A stretch of DNA of 25,132 nucleotides from a virus (Duplodnaviria > Caudoviricetes): the IMG/VR virus record IMGVR_UViG_3300031951_001123, positions 1 through 25,132 of that record. The stretch is one strand, 5' to 3'. The position numbers were made by a program, and so were the translations under genes. Shown here piece after piece: positions 1-9,855 of the stretch. Every line of letters starts with the position of its first letter. Position 1 is the stretch's first letter. The notes under the pieces were generated by a model. The model was not told the DNA's origin and did no database searches. It saw nothing but the letters and a program-made list of their open reading frames with translations.

Positions 1-487
1 CATTGGGAGCCTGTGTGGTAGACAACGGCTTGGGCGGCTGGGGGTTGGTGTTCTGGTCGTTGGTTTGAGTGCTAGGCGGTGTGGTATTGGTAGGTCTAAC
101 CACGGGTGCATTTGTTATGCGGCCATCAGGATTCAATACCTGTGGCGGTTGTTTTTCTGGTTCTTGTGTGTTGGCGCCATCGTCTTTGGCTGTTTGTGCG
201 CCTTGCACCTGAGCACCGGCACTGGGTGCCGGTGTTGGGGCCGGTTGACTGCGTAGTGCCCGAAGTTCTTGTTCTAGCTGTTGCTGTGTGGTTATCAGCC
301 CTGATAACTCGGCATTGATTTGATCTAATGTGTTGCTTTGACTGCGAGCTAGACTGAAATCTTCTCGGGCGATACTGCGATCAACTTCGTTTTTGATTCT
401 ACTGGCATCGGCCTGTAGAGTGCTTATTCTTGCCGCAATCTGGGCCAAACGAGCTTCAAGTGAGGCTATCTCTTGTTGTGTGGCCAT
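1..487 (-). CDS. N-terminal part of a probable baseplate/tail structural protein (runs off the window edge)
   Basis: Not in the ORF track. ATG at 487, just after the stop of the gp53-like gene, opens MATQQEIASLEARLAQIAARISTLQADASRIKNEVDRS..., a coiled coil followed by a Pro/Thr/Gln-rich linker, with no stop before position 1. Function is inferred from context only. Confidence 0.7.
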   Translation of the reverse strand, partial: MATQQEIASLEARLAQIAARISTLQADASRIKNEVDRSIAREDFSLARSQSNTLDQINAELSGLITTQQQLEQELRALRSQPAPTPAPSAGAQVQGAQTAKDDGANTQEPEKQPPQVLNPDGRITNAPVVRPTNTTPPSTQTNDQNTNPQPPKPLSTTQAPN

Positions 488-488
488 G

Positions 489-788
489 TTAGAATCCTAA
501 CACTGATTTCAAGGTAGATAGTTTAGGAATATAGATCTGTTTACCTATGACAAAATCAAAAGGAGGTTCCGTCAAGGTATTAGGATTGCGTTGATAAAAC
601 ACCCACCAAAGTTTACTTTCATCGTACAAATCAAATGCCAGAAGATCAGGACGATACTGATAGGTTTGATTTATAATAAAGATAGTGTCGTCGCCTTGCT
701 TAGGCAAAGCACGATTGTTCATTATGTCAAGAAAAAATCCACTATACGGAGTAGTATAGTAAGGACTCATTGCATCATAGCTGGCCAT
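489..788 (-). CDS. gp53: Baseplate wedge protein, T4 gp53-like (LysM-like)
   Basis: Motif YQYRPDLLAFDLYDESKLWWVF...IYIP is typical of gp53-like/LysM baseplate proteins; its start overlaps the upstream stop (TAATG). Confidence 0.75.
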   Translation of the reverse strand: MASYDAMSPYYTTPYSGFFLDIMNNRALPKQGDDTIFIINQTYQYRPDLLAFDLYDESKLWWVFYQRNPNTLTEPPFDFVIGKQIYIPKLSTLKSVLGF

Positions 789-2659
789 TACCAGAATCCT
801 CCTCGTTGTAGATTACCGTTGCCAAATTCCTGCACACTGAATTGACTGCTGACCTGCTGACGTGTTTGTATTGGCAAGCAGGTGATGGTCATTTGCATCT
901 TGGTTGGCACATAGGTTGGTGAATTCAATCCCAGCGTGGGCGGCGCTGGTGGAACATCTCTGTAACCGCCTTTGGGCAAGCCGGCAGTTCTCAGTCGGTT
1001 CATCACGTTGCTGATTGTATTTTTTGGTACGCTTTGAACCTTGCGTTCAAGAATAAAGTTGGTACCGTCCACGTTACGGCTATAGGCTCTAATGTAGTCT
1101 ACATCATTGGGTAGACTGTACTGGAACTGACTGATCACTACCGGGTGGCCATTAAACTGGTATTCACCAAATCCTGTAAGATAACACAGTGGTGGGGGCG
1201 ATCCTCGCAGAGGGTCTTGTCCATAAAACATCTTGGTCACGCTACGATAAAAATGTATCACTGCCAATAGATAATTGGCTTCGTCGGTGTCTTGTGCTGT
1301 AAAAGTTCCAGTAATCTGTATTTCTTGCACGTTTGAATTCTTGTACCAGTAACCTTTGTAGTTGCTGTGTGTGAGATCGTAGGGCGTATAATTGGCCGAG
1401 TATACGGTGTTAACCTGCGGTGTATAAGGATAGATTACACCGTCTGTGGTAAACAACGGATCAAGTATGCCGCGGTCGCCCTGTGGCAATTTGTAAAGAT
1501 AACTTGCACCAGCTGCCAGGCTAACACGGAAACGCCAATCTCCGTTGTTGACAAATCTCTGTTGTGCTTGCAGTGCTGGTTGGTTTCTGGCCTGCTCGGC
1601 ACCAACTTCCACACCCACACTGCCATCACCCGGAGCTGCTCCACTGGTGTTACGATTGTTAGTAGGCGTTTGAATAGCGGCCAGTATGTTGGCATTGGTT
1701 GATTGATTGAACTGGTTAGCAGCAATAATGTTACCAGCTGTAGGACCAGACACCGGTGCTGGAGCAAGTTTGATGTCGGTGGCCGCTGGCAGTGCTGGCG
1801 GAGATTGGTAAGCAGCGCCTTGATCGTTGAGAATTTTGGCGTTAACTTGCGCCGCACCTTGTGTGAGTCCGGTGGCCACAGGCTGATTAGTCTGACGATC
1901 AACCACATCATAGGTGCCGCGACTGGCATCATACTTGACATCATAACCTGGTGTAACAGGTGCTTGTGGGCCTTTTGATATGGCACTGATCACACTGGCA
2001 TTGGTCTGTGCATTAAACTGTTCTGCGGTTTGACTGCTTTGTGGATCCGCGTTGCTAACTGGTGCAGGGTTCGCACCGCGCTGATCGGCAGCAGCTAATG
2101 CTCCTGCCGCAGTAGAGGTATCTGGTCGGGTGGCCACTGCTGCCGCTGCCGCTGCTGCGGCTGCTCGCTCTTTTTGTTTCTGATCAATTACTTGACCAAT
2201 TGGGTCATCAGCCGGCGGTGTGGGCGACACTGTGGAAGGTGCCGGTACAACAGGTGTCAGTGGGCGGTCTGCTTGCTGTGCCTGTGGTTCAGCAGCAGGA
2301 TTGACCACAGGTGCTGTAGATTCTGCAGGTTGGTTGGCTTCTTCGCCTCTGGCTACCCGATCAGCATCAGACTGTGCTTGTTCGTAGGCAGCTTGTAGTC
2401 TATCGGCTTCCTCGTTCAAGGTGCCAATTTTGTCTATCAATTCTGTTTCAATAGACTTGATTCTTCTGGATTCGGCCAGCGCAGCATCATAGGCAGCAGA
2501 CCCAACCTGAGATTGACGCAGCTTGGTCCTGGCCTGTTCATACGCAAGCTGAGTGGCCATGAGTTCTTGATTGGCTCTTTTGCCCTGCTCTACTACAGAT
2601 TCGTACCTACGAAGATAGCTACGTGCCTGTCGTTTGTAAACATCAACTGTGCTGGTCAT
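788..2659 (-). CDS. Tail tube initiator / baseplate protein (gp48/gp54-like C-terminal domain) with a long N-terminal coiled-coil and Pro/Ala-rich extension
   Basis: C-terminal GVIYPYTPQV...THSNY...IQITGTFTAQ...GSPPPLCYLTGFG...PVVISQFQYSLPNDVDYI resembles tail-tube-like baseplate proteins; adjacent to gp53-like gene; TAAATA motif upstream. Confidence 0.6.
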   Translation of the reverse strand: MTSTVDVYKRQARSYLRRYESVVEQGKRANQELMATQLAYEQARTKLRQSQVGSAAYDAALAESRRIKSIETELIDKIGTLNEEADRLQAAYEQAQSDADRVARGEEANQPAESTAPVVNPAAEPQAQQADRPLTPVVPAPSTVSPTPPADDPIGQVIDQKQKERAAAAAAAAAVATRPDTSTAAGALAAADQRGANPAPVSNADPQSSQTAEQFNAQTNASVISAISKGPQAPVTPGYDVKYDASRGTYDVVDRQTNQPVATGLTQGAAQVNAKILNDQGAAYQSPPALPAATDIKLAPAPVSGPTAGNIIAANQFNQSTNANILAAIQTPTNNRNTSGAAPGDGSVGVEVGAEQARNQPALQAQQRFVNNGDWRFRVSLAAGASYLYKLPQGDRGILDPLFTTDGVIYPYTPQVNTVYSANYTPYDLTHSNYKGYWYKNSNVQEIQITGTFTAQDTDEANYLLAVIHFYRSVTKMFYGQDPLRGSPPPLCYLTGFGEYQFNGHPVVISQFQYSLPNDVDYIRAYSRNVDGTNFILERKVQSVPKNTISNVMNRLRTAGLPKGGYRDVPPAPPTLGLNSPTYVPTKMQMTITCLPIQTRQQVSSQFSVQEFGNGNLQRGGFW

Positions 2660-2677
2660 ATTAGTTCCTGTATCTTG

Positions 2678-2686
2678 TATTTACCG
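2678..2686 (-). promoter_or_regulatory. Putative late promoter (CGGTAAATA)
   Basis: TAAATA core (cf. T4 late promoter TATAAATA) ~20 nt upstream of the 623 aa structural gene; the same 9-mer occurs at 16075-16083. Confidence 0.6.
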
Positions 2687-2717
2687 AAAAAATTATAGCC
2701 CTAGTTTATGTAAAAGG

Positions 2718-2750
2718 TTGACAATCTTGTAAAACTTGCTATACTAAATA
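2718..2750 (+). promoter_or_regulatory. Sigma70-type promoter overlapping a late-type TAAATA motif, upstream of gp55
   Basis: TTGACA (2718-2723), 16 nt spacer, TGc-TATACT extended -10 (2737-2745), TAAATA at 2745-2750, RBS GGAG at 2759-2762. Confidence 0.75.
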
Positions 2751-2768
2751 GACTTCCTGGAGAAATTA

Positions 2769-3650
2769 ATGGATCAACCCATACCTGCAAAGAAAACCAA
2801 TTATCTAAACAACCGCGACATACTAAAAGAAATACACCTAAGCAAGAACACCTATTGCTGGTATCTAGATCGTAAAACCGATCACGAATACGACATCATT
2901 TTACCCGGTCTAAGCAAGATTAACCAGCGTACTGTGGCACAGGCCAGACGCAATCGAGCAGCCAGACTGACCAAAGAAACCGGCAAAGAAGTCAATGAAA
3001 AACACATATCACACACTGAACTAGTGTTTAGAATTACCTGCTGGGACCACATACCCAAAGCACCCAAAAAAACTGCCAAGAGCAAAAAACAACAGAGTCA
3101 ATTGGGAGATCTATTGGACGTAGACATTGTTGAAGTTGACGAAGCAGTTGACATGGAACCGTTGTTGGACTCCACACATGTGCGTGTGAACTTTCCGCCA
3201 TTTGAACACTATCGTCTTGACGCAGACAAAAACCCATTTATCGTAGGGCGCAGTCACTGGAAGGGCGATTTAGAAAGCGGTCATTACAGCCGAGAACACG
3301 GTACTATGACACGTAATCTAGCACAGATGTTTATGAAGTTGTGCGAGCGTTATGCAACTCGTTCAAACTGGCGTGGCTACACCTACAACGAAGAAATGCG
3401 TGGGCAGGCTCTGTTGCAACTCAGTCAAATTGGTCTGCAATTTGACGAATCAAAAAGTCAAAATCCGTTTGCATATTATACCGCAGCTATTACCAACAGT
3501 TTTACACGTATTCTTAACATTGAAAAGAAAATGCAAAACATACGTGATGACATACTAGAAATGAACGGGTTGAATCCAAGTTGGACCAGACAGTACAGCA
3601 ACAAGAATCAAGATCCAGGTGCAGCTTCAATCACCTACCCCAGTGACTGA
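2769..3650 (+). CDS. gp55: Late-transcription sigma factor, T4 gp55-like
   Basis: YLNNRDIL at the N-terminus; C-terminal RSNWRGYTYNEEMRGQALLQL...FDESKSQNPFAYYTAAITNSF matches the gp55 family; gp55-gp47-gp46 synteny. Confidence 0.88.
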   Translation: MDQPIPAKKTNYLNNRDILKEIHLSKNTYCWYLDRKTDHEYDIILPGLSKINQRTVAQARRNRAARLTKETGKEVNEKHISHTELVFRITCWDHIPKAPKKTAKSKKQQSQLGDLLDVDIVEVDEAVDMEPLLDSTHVRVNFPPFEHYRLDADKNPFIVGRSHWKGDLESGHYSREHGTMTRNLAQMFMKLCERYATRSNWRGYTYNEEMRGQALLQLSQIGLQFDESKSQNPFAYYTAAITNSFTRILNIEKKMQNIRDDILEMNGLNPSWTRQYSNKNQDPGAASITYPSD

Positions 3651-4528
3651 TGCTGATTGCTATAGCCTATAGCGGTGGCTGCTATGGCACATATCTTAAC
3701 TGGGTGTTAGATACACTGTCACACCGTCAAGATATTGTGAGTCCATTTACCAGTACAGGTAGCAGCCACCAGTTTTCACGCCAGATCAGTCTTACCGTAA
3801 AACAACTGTTGGATACCAATAGTGGCTTGGTAAGAGTACATCCCAAAGATCACAGTACCGACAGTCTCAGTCAGCAGATGAATAAAATCTGTGAGCATGC
3901 TGATAGTGTGATCTATCTCTACCCTGACTCAGACAGTGAACTGCTGGTAATCAACAACTATACCAGCAAGATCTGGACCGACTGGTGGCATACTCATGTT
4001 ACCAAGACCGAGTTGGCGCACACACTACGACAGTCGTGGCCGGTCGAGCTTGATGCCGATATTGACCAAGTGGCTGTATGGATCAAACGAGAGTTTATGA
4101 GTTATTATCTTTTTGGTAGCTGGCGATCTCAGGTAGAATGGTATCATCCAGATCGATGGCAGCACGACAAATGCCTGACAGTCAGTGTATGGGATCTGTT
4201 GTACAATTTTACCGATACCGTGGCCAACATAGTTGCCTTTACCAAAATGTCCACACAGCGGCCTGTAACAGATTTGGTAGACTATCACCAGATCATGCTG
4301 TCCAAACAGCAGTTCCTAGAGCACGATCATGTTTGTAAATCAATTGTGGAAGCAGTGGTTAACGATCGAGTATACCACTGGTCTCCGTTGAGTTTGGTAA
4401 GCGAAGCCTACATACAAGACCAATTGAGACAGAAAGGCTATCACCTAAGGTGTGATGGGCTTGACTTGTTCCCCACAGATAGTGTAACATTAAGAACTTT
4501 AACGTACAAACACCATGAACCTATTTAA
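3650..4528 (+). CDS. Hypothetical protein, possible P-loop/sulfotransferase-like fold; related to 5536..6393
   Basis: 292 aa ORF coupled to gp55 (TGATG) and overlapping the gp47 start; N-terminal beta strand plus Gly-rich loop IAYSGGCYGTYLNW; GSSH motif. Confidence 0.6.
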   Translation: MLIAIAYSGGCYGTYLNWVLDTLSHRQDIVSPFTSTGSSHQFSRQISLTVKQLLDTNSGLVRVHPKDHSTDSLSQQMNKICEHADSVIYLYPDSDSELLVINNYTSKIWTDWWHTHVTKTELAHTLRQSWPVELDADIDQVAVWIKREFMSYYLFGSWRSQVEWYHPDRWQHDKCLTVSVWDLLYNFTDTVANIVAFTKMSTQRPVTDLVDYHQIMLSKQQFLEHDHVCKSIVEAVVNDRVYHWSPLSLVSEAYIQDQLRQKGYHLRCDGLDLFPTDSVTLRTLTYKHHEPI

Positions 4529-5528
4529 TAAAGCAGTTATCTTTACTGACATCCATTTTGGTCTAAAGTCAAACAGTCAGTTACACAATGACGACTGTTT
4601 GGATTTTGTTAAATGGGCAACTTCACTTGCAAAGGAACAGGGCTGTGAAACAGCGTTTTTTCTTGGAGATTGGCATAACCATCGGGCTAGTATCAATATT
4701 GTCACTCTTAACTATAGTCTCCGTGCTTTGGAACATCTCAACGACAACTTCGATCGTGTGTTTTTTATTCCTGGCAATCACGACTTATATTATCGCGACA
4801 AGCGTGATGTGCAAAGTGTTGAGTGGGCTAAACATTTACCGAATGTGGTCATTTGTAATGATTGGCTACACAGCGGTGATGTTGTTGTGGCCCCTTGGTT
4901 AGTAGGTGACGATCATAAACGCATACCAAAACTGAATGCCAAATACATGTTTGGGCACTTTGAATTGCCACATTTCTACATGAATGCCATGGTAGAAATG
5001 CCTGACCATGGCGAACTCAAACTAGATCACTTTGGCAACTTTGATGCAGTATTTTCCGGTCACTTCCATCTAAGACAGCAGAAGAAAAATATCACATACA
5101 TAGGCAACTGCTTTCCGCACAACTTTGCCGATGCTGGCGATGACAAACGCGGCTGCATGATACTCGAATGGGGCAAACCGCCCGAGTTTCATGCATGGCC
5201 AGATCAACCACTCTATCGCATACTCAAGCTGGGTGATATCATTGATAATCATGCAGAATTGCTGCGCCCTAAGATGCATGTGCGAGTAGAACTAGACATC
5301 GATATCAGCTATGAAGAAGCTAATTTTATCAAAGAAACTTTTTATCAGCAGTACAAGCTGAGAGAAATGGCTTTGATACCTAGCAAGCCTGCTGAAGTAG
5401 GTGAAGATCTAGCACCTGGAGAAATAAAATTTGAAAGTGTTGATCAAATTGTCACAGATCAAATCAGCAAAATTGACAGCGAGCACTATGACCCCAATCT
5501 ACTGCTAAAAATATATCAAACGCTATGA
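4515..5528 (+). CDS. gp47: Recombination endonuclease subunit (Mre11/SbcD-like metallophosphoesterase)
   Basis: Motifs DIHFG, LGDW, GNHD, GHFE, SGHFH; upstream of gp46. Confidence 0.93.
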   Translation: MNLFNKAVIFTDIHFGLKSNSQLHNDDCLDFVKWATSLAKEQGCETAFFLGDWHNHRASINIVTLNYSLRALEHLNDNFDRVFFIPGNHDLYYRDKRDVQSVEWAKHLPNVVICNDWLHSGDVVVAPWLVGDDHKRIPKLNAKYMFGHFELPHFYMNAMVEMPDHGELKLDHFGNFDAVFSGHFHLRQQKKNITYIGNCFPHNFADAGDDKRGCMILEWGKPPEFHAWPDQPLYRILKLGDIIDNHAELLRPKMHVRVELDIDISYEEANFIKETFYQQYKLREMALIPSKPAEVGEDLAPGEIKFESVDQIVTDQISKIDSEHYDPNLLLKIYQTL

Positions 5529-5535
5529 GACAGCA

Positions 5536-6393
5536 TTGACTAATGATCCTCTTATTACCTGTGTATGGTATCCCAGTGGCGGCTTTGGCCATTTCATAAA
5601 TGCTATTCTCACTGTGTATGGCCAAAATTTCTGCAGGCCCAACAACACCAATTACAAACTCAGCGACACTGGCGACAGTCACAGTCTTGATTTAGTGGCA
5701 CCCAAATGGTTCCACGATCCCGAACAATACGCATTTGATTTTACCGGGCCAGAACGCTACTGTGTGTTGATAGACAACGGTATCAACAACGAAGGCGAAC
5801 GTTTCCAACAGTATTTTAATACCGCTAGCATTATACGAGTAACCTACGATGAGTACACTTGGCCGATAATAGCACAAACTTTGATAGTGAAAGCCATGCG
5901 TCAAAGCCTAGACGATCAATTGCCGTTGGGTGACGCAGACTGGCCTGTTGATGCAGACTGGGCCAGACGAGAAAAGTATTTTTTATACCTGCGTGACCAT
6001 CCGCTTAGACATGCATGGCGTAGCAAACACTACTGCCAGAATATAGGACTTGACTACTTCGAAGATTATGGATTATTGCGCAGCTGGTTTTTCTTGAATG
6101 GTTACGAAGTTGCTGATTTTGACGACCTATATCAGACCTGGTGGGCTGCTAATGCCAAATATTTTGAACCATTAGATGTGGCCAGAAATATTAAATTGGC
6201 CTTGTTCAACGGTTCCAATATTGATCTAACCGAGTACACGGATTTATGGACACAGGCTGTGGTAAACTACAGCATCTGGCAGCTCACAGAGGTAGAAATA
6301 CCAGCAAACGATTATGCTAACTGGTTTACAAATACCAAAGAAATTGTTACACTATTGCAGCAACATGGAGTAAAACGATTTGATATCGATTAA
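5536..6393 (+). CDS. Hypothetical protein, related to 3650..4528
   Basis: 285 aa ORF (TTG start, uncertain) with VWYPSGGFGHFINAIL, GDSH and WARREKYFLYL; overlaps the gp46 start. Confidence 0.6.
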   Translation: MTNDPLITCVWYPSGGFGHFINAILTVYGQNFCRPNNTNYKLSDTGDSHSLDLVAPKWFHDPEQYAFDFTGPERYCVLIDNGINNEGERFQQYFNTASIIRVTYDEYTWPIIAQTLIVKAMRQSLDDQLPLGDADWPVDADWARREKYFLYLRDHPLRHAWRSKHYCQNIGLDYFEDYGLLRSWFFLNGYEVADFDDLYQTWWAANAKYFEPLDVARNIKLALFNGSNIDLTEYTDLWTQAVVNYSIWQLTEVEIPANDYANWFTNTKEIVTLLQQHGVKRFDID

Positions 6394-8149
6394 AAAACTA
6401 ACTGTAAGAAACTTTATGAGCGTGGGCAATGCCACACAGGGCATTGACTTCCAACGTAACGACCTAACTTTGGTACTAGGCCAAAATCTGGACCTGGGCG
6501 GGGACGATACTGGCGCACGTAACGGCACAGGCAAGACTACCATTATCAATGCATTGAGTTATGCACTTTATGGCCAGGCACTGACCAACATACGCAAAGA
6601 CAATCTAATCAACAAGACCAACAACAAACAGATGATGGTCAGTTTGGAGTTTGACGTAGACAGTCGTGCTTATCGAATCGAGCGCGGACGTAAACCAAAC
6701 ACTCTAAAGTTCTACGTAGACAATCACGAACAAGAAGCCACCGACGACAGTCAAGGTGACAGTAGAGAAACCCAAGATGCTATAGAACGTGTGCTAGGAT
6801 TGAGTCACGATATGTTCAAACATATTCTGGCCTTGAACACTTATACAGAGCCGTTCTTGAGTTTGAAAAGTAATGATCAACGTGCTATCATTGAACAGTT
6901 GTTGGGCATAACCATGCTCAGTGAACGTGCTGAAAAGATCAAAGAACTAAACAAACAGACCAAGGATGCAATCACACAAGAAGAATTTAGAATTCGTGCC
7001 ACACAGGATGCAAATCAGCGTATCAAAGAACAGATTGACTCTATTAAAAAACGTCAAACACTGTGGAAGAAGAAACAAACTGAAGATTGTGACGCACTGA
7101 CCAAGGCCATAGAAAGCCTAGAACACATTGATATCGATCAAGAAATACAAGCGCACCGAGATCTCGAAGCGTTTCATGCCAAGAAAGCCATCATAGATGA
7201 ATGTAATCGTTGGATTAGACAGATCAATCAAGACGACATCAAGTTGGACAAGCAGCGCAAACAACTAGAGAAAGAAATTGAAGACATACAGTCACATCGT
7301 TGTTTTGCCTGCGGCACTGAAATACACGATAACAGTCTTGATGCAGTCAAAGACAAAAAGCAAAAAGATCTGCAAGAAATTGCACTGCAACTGCTGACCA
7401 ATGACACACAGCGCAGCGAGCATCAGAATGAACTGGACGATCAAGGCGAGCTTGGTACCGCACCCAGTGTGTTCTACGACAATCTTGAACAGGCATTGAA
7501 TCACAGAAACAGCCTGGAAACACTGCGCAAAGATCTAGAGTCACGCCGTTCCGAAGTAGATCCTTACACTGATCAGATCGCCGAAATGGAAACCGAAGCC
7601 ATTGCCGAAATCAGCTACGATCTAATCAACGAGTTGACTAGATTGCAGGATCATCAGGAGTTTTTGCTCAAACTGTTGACCAACAAAGACAGTTTTATAC
7701 GTAAAAAGATCATAGATCAGAACCTAAGTTATCTTAACAGTAGGCTCACACACTATCTTGATCGTATTGGCTTACCGCATCAGGTAGTGTTCCAGAACGA
7801 TCTCACAGTAGAAATTACCGAACTAGGTCGCGAACTGGACTTTGACAATCTCAGTCGTGGTGAACGTAACCGATTGATTCTAAGTATGAGTTGGGCATTC
7901 CGTGATGTTTGGGAAAGCCTGTATCATCCTATCAATCTACTATTCATTGACGAACTGATTGATTCTGGCATGGATAGTTCGGGTGTGGAAAACAGCCTGG
8001 CACTGTTGAAAAAGCTAGCCAGAGATCGACGCAAGAGTGTATGGTTGGTCAGCCACAGAGACGAACTAATGGGTCGCGTCAATAACATACTAAAAGTTAT
8101 TAAAGAAAACGGATTTACATCCTATGCCACCGATACAGATACCGTATAA
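6380..8149 (+). CDS. gp46: Recombination ATPase subunit (Rad50/SbcC-like)
   Basis: Walker A NGTGKTT, coiled coil with CFAC zinc hook, signature LSRGE, Walker B/D-loop LFIDELIDSGMD, and SH motif. Confidence 0.95.
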   Translation: MISIKKLTVRNFMSVGNATQGIDFQRNDLTLVLGQNLDLGGDDTGARNGTGKTTIINALSYALYGQALTNIRKDNLINKTNNKQMMVSLEFDVDSRAYRIERGRKPNTLKFYVDNHEQEATDDSQGDSRETQDAIERVLGLSHDMFKHILALNTYTEPFLSLKSNDQRAIIEQLLGITMLSERAEKIKELNKQTKDAITQEEFRIRATQDANQRIKEQIDSIKKRQTLWKKKQTEDCDALTKAIESLEHIDIDQEIQAHRDLEAFHAKKAIIDECNRWIRQINQDDIKLDKQRKQLEKEIEDIQSHRCFACGTEIHDNSLDAVKDKKQKDLQEIALQLLTNDTQRSEHQNELDDQGELGTAPSVFYDNLEQALNHRNSLETLRKDLESRRSEVDPYTDQIAEMETEAIAEISYDLINELTRLQDHQEFLLKLLTNKDSFIRKKIIDQNLSYLNSRLTHYLDRIGLPHQVVFQNDLTVEITELGRELDFDNLSRGERNRLILSMSWAFRDVWESLYHPINLLFIDELIDSGMDSSGVENSLALLKKLARDRRKSVWLVSHRDELMGRVNNILKVIKENGFTSYATDTDTV

Positions 8150-8765
8150 AAATATATTTTTAACCGGTGCCAGCAGTGGTGTGGGACAAATGATCAGCTT
8201 GTTGTTGACAGGTCTAGGTATTCAACACCATGCTCCAAGTCGCGCCGAACTTGACTTGGATTTTCCTTTGTTTGTCAAGAACTATCAAATGCCTACTGGG
8301 ATTGATTGTCTAATCAACTGTGCGGCACACGATGTCAACGGCAAACAACCATTTGATAAACACGATGCCGACAGTGTCATTGATATTGTAAATTGCAATT
8401 TACTAGCACCCATGCTGCTGGTACAAAAGTTGCTGGCCAACGACCCACGGGCCTGTGTGGTAAATATTACCAGCACTAACAATCAGGCCTATCCTGGACA
8501 CGATCTAACCTACAGTCTAACTAAACGTGCATTGAGTTCATTTGGCGAGCTACTGGCTCGCGATTATCCTGATGCTCGTATACTAGAAGTCTGTCTTGGA
8601 CTTACACGCACTAATTTCAACGCCAATCGTTTTCGTGATCGACCAGATCTATTCCAGCCTGATTTTTACAATCAACCCTGTTTGACTGCAGAACAAGCTG
8701 CCACAGGTATACTGGCAGCAGTTGCGGATACTGATTGCAGCTTTTGGAGACTGGCACATGATTAA
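8124..8765 (+). CDS. Short-chain dehydrogenase/reductase (SDR)
   Basis: TGASSGVG Rossmann motif, LINCA, NITS, catalytic YSLTK (YxxxK). Confidence 0.88.
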   Translation: MPPIQIPYKNIFLTGASSGVGQMISLLLTGLGIQHHAPSRAELDLDFPLFVKNYQMPTGIDCLINCAAHDVNGKQPFDKHDADSVIDIVNCNLLAPMLLVQKLLANDPRACVVNITSTNNQAYPGHDLTYSLTKRALSSFGELLARDYPDARILEVCLGLTRTNFNANRFRDRPDLFQPDFYNQPCLTAEQAATGILAAVADTDCSFWRLAHD

Positions 8766-9855
8766 CTGGCAGTACTATCATTGGCATTTGGAAATCAGTG
8801 GCAAGTGTACACTGCAATGTCCCCGTTGTCCGCGCACAGAATTGCCTGACACACCCTGGATCAACAAAGAACTAGACTTGGATTTTGTTAAACGACTTTT
8901 TCCGCAGAACTTTTTACGCAGTCAAGTTCAACGTATCACATTGTGTGGCGACGTTGGCGATCCAATCTATGCCAGCCAGTTTCACGACATAGTGGAGTAT
9001 CTAAAAGAAACCAATCCCGATGTACATCTGTTCATAGTAACCAACGGCAGTTATCGTAAACTGGCATGGTGGCAACGACTGGCTCTCACTCTCAATGACA
9101 GAGACACAGTCAACTTCAGCATCGACGGATACGATCAACAAACCAATAACCTATATCGCCGTAACAGCGACTGGGACAGTATCATGCAAGGCATGCAGAC
9201 AATGTGTCGCGAAAGTCAGGCCTTTATCAATTGGGCCACTATCGTGTTCAGCTTCAATCAGGATCACCTTGACCTGATAGAACATTTGGCACGTGAGCAG
9301 GGCTGCGACGGTTTACAGCTGACACATAGTACCAAATTTGGCAGTAAATACGGTCAAGCGTATCAAGCCGAACAGGATCCTTTGGAACCAAGGCCAGAAT
9401 TTGTCAGTGACACACATCGATATCACAGAATCTATAAACCATTGAGTCATCGTAGGCAAGACAACGGCGACTATCTAGCGTATAATCTAGCTAGATATCA
9501 AGATATAATTGACAGTAAAGGTCAAGATCCTATAGTTCCTATGTGCGAAATTGGCAATCGCGGGTTGTATGTCAGTGCTGACGGTGTGCTGCATCCTTGC
9601 AGTTGGGTCAGTTTTCCGTATACAACATTGACTCATGGCACCAAAACTATAAAATACCAAGACAGTTTTCATCAGCGATATCGAGATAGATTGAATTTAC
9701 ACACACGCAGTCTAGAAGAGATTACCACAGATCAGCTATGGTCAAAATTGTCCTGTGGTTGGAAAGACACAGAGCACACCTGGGTAGAGTGTTCGCAAAA
9801 ATGCAGTAGAGATCTAGTAAACAAGGAGTATGCAGTACAGTGGTTGACCAACTAA
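8758..9855 (+). CDS. Radical SAM enzyme with a C-terminal SPASM/Twitch-like domain
   Basis: CTLQCPRC (CxxxCxxC), GDVGDP, TNGS, FSIDG; C-terminal PMC...YVSADGVLHPC...CSQKC. The ATG at 8758, overlapping the SDR stop, is preferred over 8722. Confidence 0.9.
   Translation: MINWQYYHWHLEISGKCTLQCPRCPRTELPDTPWINKELDLDFVKRLFPQNFLRSQVQRITLCGDVGDPIYASQFHDIVEYLKETNPDVHLFIVTNGSYRKLAWWQRLALTLNDRDTVNFSIDGYDQQTNNLYRRNSDWDSIMQGMQTMCRESQAFINWATIVFSFNQDHLDLIEHLAREQGCDGLQLTHSTKFGSKYGQAYQAEQDPLEPRPEFVSDTHRYHRIYKPLSHRRQDNGDYLAYNLARYQDIIDSKGQDPIVPMCEIGNRGLYVSADGVLHPCSWVSFPYTTLTHGTKTIKYQDSFHQRYRDRLNLHTRSLEEITTDQLWSKLSCGWKDTEHTWVECSQKCSRDLVNKEYAVQWLTN

Noticed and set aside
65-318. Plus-strand 63 and 70 aa ORFs
   Set aside because: Antisense to the more plausible minus-strand gene starting at 487.
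3650-6393. Homing endonucleases or inteins in the gp55-gp47-gp46 block
   Set aside because: No HNH, GIY-YIG, LAGLIDADG or intein terminal motifs seen; gp46 and gp47 are of normal length.
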